From Marsupella aquatica (lineage: Eukaryota > Plantae > Marchantiophyta), in NCBI GenBank assembly GCA_973895155.1, contig OZ316891.1, forward strand, positions 24,179,899-24,243,898: a stretch of DNA of 64,000 nucleotides, in the 5' to 3' direction. Positions 58,435 to 64,000 of this stretch are shown here, one piece after another. Position 1 is the first letter of the stretch. Each line of letters begins with the position of its first letter. The notes under the pieces are model-generated. The model was given only the letters and a program-made list of their open reading frames with translations, made no database searches and was not told where the DNA came from. The translations under genes were made by a program, and so were the position numbers.

Positions 58435-61400
58435 TCAGGGCTGCAACAAAACTTTTAGGCTGCGCATTCCAATGGAGAAGGTTAATTTCTGATGCATAGC
58501 AGGTGGTAGGGCCTTGGTGAGTAGATCAGCTGAGTTCTCTGCACTCGAAATCCATCACACATCGATTTGGTGTCCATTTTGTTCATGTGCAAAGAAAAAT
58601 TTCGGTGCAATGTGCTTTGGTTTGTCGCCTTTGATGAAACCTGCTGCTATCTGTTCGACACAAGGCCGATTGTCTTCAAAGATGACGGTAGGCGCAGTTA
58701 GTGTATTTGTTCCTGTGCATTCGGCAATATGGTTAATTACATTCCTTAACCAAATGCACTCACGACTCGCTTCATACAGTGCTATGATTTCAGAATGGTT
58801 GGATGATGTCGTCGTTAATGTCTGCTTTGTGCTCTTCCAAGAGATTGCAGTGTTTCCTGTGAGAAAGATGTATCCCGTTTGTGATTTTGCGTCTGCAGGG
58901 TCTGACAACTATCCTGCATCGGCAAACCCGGTTAGTGTGATGCGAGATTGTCAGGGGTAAAAGAGGCCCAGATCAGATGTACAGTGGAGGTATTTGAAGA
59001 TCCGTTTGATTCCATTCCAATGCCGAATAGTCGGTTGTGAACTGTGCCTGGCGAGTAGATTGACTGCGAAGGCTATGTCTGGGCGGGTTTGGTTGGCAAC
59101 AAACATGAGCGCCCCTATGGCTGACAGGTAAGGTTTCTCTGAACCAAGAAGTGGTTCTATTTCCTCTCTTTTGCGAAAGATATCCTTTTCTTTGTCCAAC
59201 GACCGTAGGTCCATTGGGGATCTTACTGCTTTGCTTGTCGACATGTGGAATTGTTGGAGCATTTTCTTGACGTACATGGTCTGGTGGAGTAGTATTCAGG
59301 GTTTAGGATGCTCAAATTGTAGGCCAAGGCAAAAAGTAGTTTGCCCCATGTCTCGCATTTCGAAAACACGTTTGAGTATGTGTATCGTTTCTAGCATAAT
59401 CTTAGCGGTTCCGAACAGATTAAGATCGTCAACATATATAGCGACGATTATGAGTTCACTGCCCTTGCGTTTGATAAACACGCAGGGAGCTATCTCGCTA
59501 TTCTTGAAACCCATAGCTAGCATTTCATCCTTGAATTTGTAGTACCAGGTCCGGCCACTTTGCTTGAGGCCATACAGAGAACGTAAAACTTGTACAGCAA
59601 ATTTTGTCTTAGCAGGAAGTGCGCCCGTGGCGGGGTGTGCAGATTGCTGAATGAATGCAATTGCTTTTGAAGTCTTCTGTAGTATGGCATGATCAGTATG
59701 CCTGAATGAGTAGTCGTTGTTCTGGCTGACGTTTTCTGTGTTATTCTCCCCCTGACTATGATAATGTACTCTAGATATCAATTCTGGTGGGGCTTCCATG
59801 TGTATCGTTTTATCTAACGTGCCGTAGAGATAAGCTGTGACTATATCCATTTGATGCATGGATAATTGATGGTGGAGTGCGAACGCAGTTAAATACCGGT
59901 ACGTAATGACGTCCATGACTGGAGAATAGGTGAGGTCATAGTCTTTGCCGGGAATTTGTGTAAATCCCCTGGCCACTAATCGGGCCTTGTATCTCACGAT
60001 TGTCCCTTTGGAATCTCGTTTCTTTACGAACACCCACTTATATCCCGTAAGGTGTGTCTGTGGAGGGGCCCGAGTGATTGGTCCGAAGACCTGTCGGGAG
60101 ATCAGTGAGTCTAGCTCAGATTTGATGGCTCTCTCCCAATGTTCCCAATCTTCTTGTTTCTGGGCTTCTGCAATCGTTCTGGGATCGGGTAAGTCTGCTA
60201 TGATGTCTTTTGAGATTTGGAAAGCGAATCTATCGTCCATCTTTAAAGTAAATCGATCCCAGATGTGTCCGGTTTTATTATAATGTATGGAGATTTCCTC
60301 TCCTTGTTCTAATGATGGTGGCTGGAGTATGGCATTATTGACTGCAGGAATGGTGGGTTTTCTTTGGCGCGGGCGTTTGTCAGTGGAACCGAGTGGCCTG
60401 CCTCGTTTCTGCCTTGGGACTACCTCGGCTGATGGCTGTCCATCGGTCTCAATTCTCGAAGGGGTATTGGCGGCTGGTACGTGCGATCGGGTGACCTGGG
60501 CTACATCCGCGAAGGAATCCGGAAGGTCTCCAAGTACCTTGGTAAGGTGGAGGATCCTTTGTACCTCGCGATCCGCTAGTGGGGTCCGAGGGTCATTCCA
60601 AAATTTGGAGTCAATCTGCCATTTTAATTGTTGGTTGTTCATATTCTCGAGGTTTTGTGTGGTTCCCAGTTTAGGGAATACCGACTCATAGAAATGGCAA
60701 TCTGCCATTTGTGCCTTATAAAGATCTGTCGTGGTCGGGTTGAGATATCGTATGATGGACGGTGAGTCCAAACCAACATAAACGCCTTTCTGGCGTTGTG
60801 GACCAAGTTTGGTTTGTTTGGGACCCATGATCGGAACGAGGACTTCGCAGCCAAAGGTGCGAAAGTGTGATAAGTTGGGATTGGATCTGAAGGCTAAACT
60901 ATGAGGAGATGCATCGTTAAATGCGGAGGGGCGATATTGTAGTAGAGTTGCTGCGTGAAGGACTGCGTGTCCCCAGGCTATTTGTGGAAGGTTGGTCTGC
61001 ATGAGGAGTGGCCTCGCTACGGTTTGTATACGCTTAATCAATGATTCGGCCATCCCGTTTTGAAAGTGAACGTAGGGGACTGGGTACTCTAAGTCAATTC
61101 CAGCAGTCATGCAAAAATCTTCGAATGTTTTTGACGTAAATTCACCAGTGTTATCTACTCAAAGAGTTCTAATGGGATGCTCCGGGAACTGTGTCTTAAG
61201 TTTAAGTATATGGGCAAGGAGTCTGGAGAATACTAAATTTCGGGTGGAAAGGAGTGAAATTTGAGACCATTCGAGGAGGCATCTACTATGGCCAGAAAGA
61301 ATCGGAAGGGGCCACTGGGGGGGTCCACCGGTCCACATACGTCTGCATGAATTCTTTCTAGGAACTTGGGTATCCTTTTGTCAATCTTCGTTGGGGATGG

Positions 61401-63002
61401 GCGAAGGACTAGCTTCCCTTGTGAGCAAGGTAAGCATGGTTCTTTCAATGAGGCTGGGTGCACTGAGGCGGGGATGCCCCAAGAATCTTTGAGGATCCTC
61501 TGGAACATTCGTAGGCCTGGGTGGCCAAGACGTCGATGCCATAGTTCTGTGGTGCTAATCAGTTGGGATATTACGTGGTAATTGTCTATTTTTGTTATAT
61601 AAAAGCCTAATGGGAATGCCTTTAATGTTTCTTTGATCGTAGTTCCCGATGCAGTGGTCTCTAGTATATTCAACACCTCTTGGCCACTAATAGTGTTTGT
61701 CTGGATGTGGAATCCGTTCTCTCGGATATCCTTGAAACTTAGTAAGTTTCTTGTGGCTCGGGGGGCATAGATTGCAGAGCATATGTGTATGGTTGTTTTC
61801 TGTGGTAAGATTACCATCGCAGGGCCATTTCCCTCTTCTAATTGATGGTTGCCTAGGATAGTCGTGACACTTCTATCGGATGGATCAATGTATTTGAAAT
61901 GTTTGCGCTCCCTGAGGATGGAGTGGGAAGTCCCACTGTCGACTATGCAACAAGTAGGATCATCTAATGGATTATGTGCATCTGAAATAGGAGCTAAGTG
62001 TATTTCTGGTCTTATCTCAGTGGAATCAAGAAATGCCCCATGTGATTCTCGTGCGCCTTCGCCGATACTGGCTTTATAGAGCGCGACCAGATGTGCAGGT
62101 GCTCTACATTGTTTCTGGACATGACCTTTCGTTCCACATCTGTAACAGGTCATGGCTTCTTCTGGTTTCTGTGGGTGGCTGCGAGGATTTGATCTGACTT
62201 GCTGTGGCTGTTTCCAGGTATTGCTATTGTAGGTGTTTCGTGAACGGCCGCGGCCCCTGCCTGATGCGCGAAATTGGCCTCAACCGTCACTCCTAAAATC
62301 GCCCCATCGGCCTCTAGAGGTATTTCTACCCCGTCCGTTGCCACGCCCTCTATAGGAACTTCCGGGGTCAGTGCGTGGATTATTAAAATGGGTCTCCGTG
62401 TGGGGTTGGGGTGGTAAGGTACCCGGAGGCCTCTGCTTGGTGTTTTCTAGCAAAAGTATCTGGTGCTTTTCGGCAAGCAGCATATGGGCTATGAGCTCCG
62501 AGTATTTGGTAAAGTTCATGTTTCGGTATTGTGTTGAAATGACCATGTTCGTAGAATGGAATGTAGAAAGAGTTTTTTCGATCTGTTCCTGATCATTCAC
62601 CGATTTTTGACAGACTGCGAGTTGGGAGGTAATGCGGAACAGCTCACTATTGTAAGCTGCGATGGTTTTGTGATCTTGCACCTTCAGATTGATCCAATCG
62701 TGTAGGGCCACCGGGAGGAAGATTGTTCGGGTATGGTCAAATCTAGAAAGGAGTGCTTCCCACAATCGGCGTGGGTTGAGCTCGTTTAGATATTGAAGCT
62801 TTAGTGGTTCAGTCAAATGTCGCCTGATTAAGATCAGCACTTGAGCTCGCTCCTGTAAAGTAGATCCTGTGTCGGAGGTGATCGTGTCTGCAATGTCTTT
62901 GGATGTCAAGTGTGCCTCTATGTCCAATTGCCAAGAAAGATAGTTGGCGCCATCAATACTTAATGGCTGGAAATATAACTTTTCCATGGCTGCCGGAGGC
63001 AT
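58435..63002 (-). pseudogene. gag-pol of F (frameshifts and stops)
   Basis: DGANYLSW, CYRCGTKGHVQKQC, IVDSGTSH, WHRRLGHP, DVCGP, YKARLVARGF, YVDDL, RNase H motifs. Confidence 0.93.
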
Positions 63003-63412
63003 GATTACTATGATTATATGTAGTATGCGTTTCAGTGGCGGAAATACAATTTGTCTAGATTGATGAATTCACAAATTGATGACATGAATAAATGGAATGT
63101 GAAGAGCTTTCGTAATTGGAGGTGTTAGCTGGAGTGGTCGATTGTAATTTGCGTTGGTTGCTGCACTCCAGCCTCTCGCTTTGTCTGATTGTCCGATCGC
63201 GTTGTGCACGGCTGCTTGCACGCTCTCCTTGCCTCTGTTCGTAGTCTTGAAAACTTCACGCGGCGAGTGTATTGCGTGCGCGTTGGACGTTCATGAGACG
63301 CAACGCTTCGTGCAAAACCTTCACGCAGTGACTAAAGATCGGACAAGTGTGAGCGTGGTTCGTAGAAGGGCGGAGGAAAAAAATTTAAAGGAAAAAAAAC
63401 CAGAGCACTACT

Positions 63413-63425
63413 CGTGCTGATAACG
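63413..63425 (-). promoter_or_regulatory. PBS of F
   Basis: Reverse complement is CGTTATCAGCACG, the same as in E. Confidence 0.8.
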
Positions 63426-63595
63426 TGTTGGACCATGACAAGATGGAAAAAGATCTCGTGTATACTCCCAAGGAGAAGAATAAGTACATGCGGCTTGAAG
63501 GCCGTTGCCCTGAGGTAGTTATCCTAACTGAGTTAGGTAGAACTCTAGTTAGGCAAGTAGAACTATGGTAAGTAGGTTTAACCTGGGTTACAACA
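63426..63595 (-). repeat. 5' LTR of F
   Basis: Matches 57720-57889. Confidence 0.95.
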
Positions 63596-63724
63596 GAACC
63601 ATATATATTAGGGTCAATAATTAATTTAGAGCCAAAACATTTTCATAGAGCCTACATATTTTCTTAGACATATAGAATAACCAATAATATACCATCATGG
63701 GCAACGATTTATGAACATAAACTC

Positions 63725-63930
63725 AAATGAACTATAGTTTCTAGTCTGAAATAAATAGTTAACGGTTCAAGCCATGGTTCTCACTAAGTTTTGCATACAC
63801 TAACAACAAACCATGGGTCACACTTTCAATAAGCTAGTTACAATGAACCATGGTTCATGCTCTCAAATAAACTAACAATAAAGAATGGTTCATACTTTGA
63901 AATAAACTATCAACGAACCATGGTTTGCAC
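63725..63930. repeat. Degenerate ~35-39-bp AT-rich tandem repeat with a palindromic AACCATGGTT core
   Basis: CCATGG-like cores near 63772, 63811, 63848, 63886 and 63918. Confidence 0.55.
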
Positions 63931-64000
63931 TTATCACATAAAATAACAAACAAGGATATATCCTAGGAAAATAACTCTCACATGAGCGAATAATAACAAT

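Larger units (their letters stand above)
57720..63595 (-). mobile_element. Full-length Ty1/copia element F, Bianca-type
   Basis: 170-bp LTRs at 57720-57889 and 63426-63595 (one difference), TSD GAACC (57715-57719 and 63596-63600), PBS 63413-63425, PPT 57890-57898. Confidence 0.96.

Overview
Plant nuclear heterochromatin, probably from a non-seed land plant (inferred from the element types), made almost entirely of nested transposable elements; there are no rRNA, tRNA or CRISPR features. From left to right: (A) a decayed non-chromovirus Ty3/gypsy element (1-10184) carrying a truncated LTR-like insert, a hAT-type MITE and a 1.86-kb solo LTR; a spliced, broken ParB-like plus beta-class DNA amino-methyltransferase-like gene (10326-11747, resuming 32917-33036); (E) a Bianca-type Ty1/copia element (11748-32911) inserted in that gene; (B) a full-length Ty3/gypsy element (16517-32179) inserted in the RNase H of E, with 4.7-kb LTRs that each contain a ~1,200-codon ORF; (C) a 5'-deleted sister of B with an uninterrupted RT-RH-INT ORF (33203-42525); (D) the 3' half of a Tork/Tnt1-like copia with a solo LTR and a Mutator-type MITE inside; a solo LTR of the B family (50623-55314); a Pol-lambda-like BRCT ORF; a DDE transposase pseudogene on the minus strand; and (F) a second Bianca-type copia (57720-63595, minus) in the putative transposase intron. 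The three main leads are the gypsy lineage with a large gene inside its LTR, its conserved -1 frameshift/pseudoknot signal between protease and RT, and the intron-containing ParB-MTase gene. All family and domain names come from motif recognition by eye, not from database searches.
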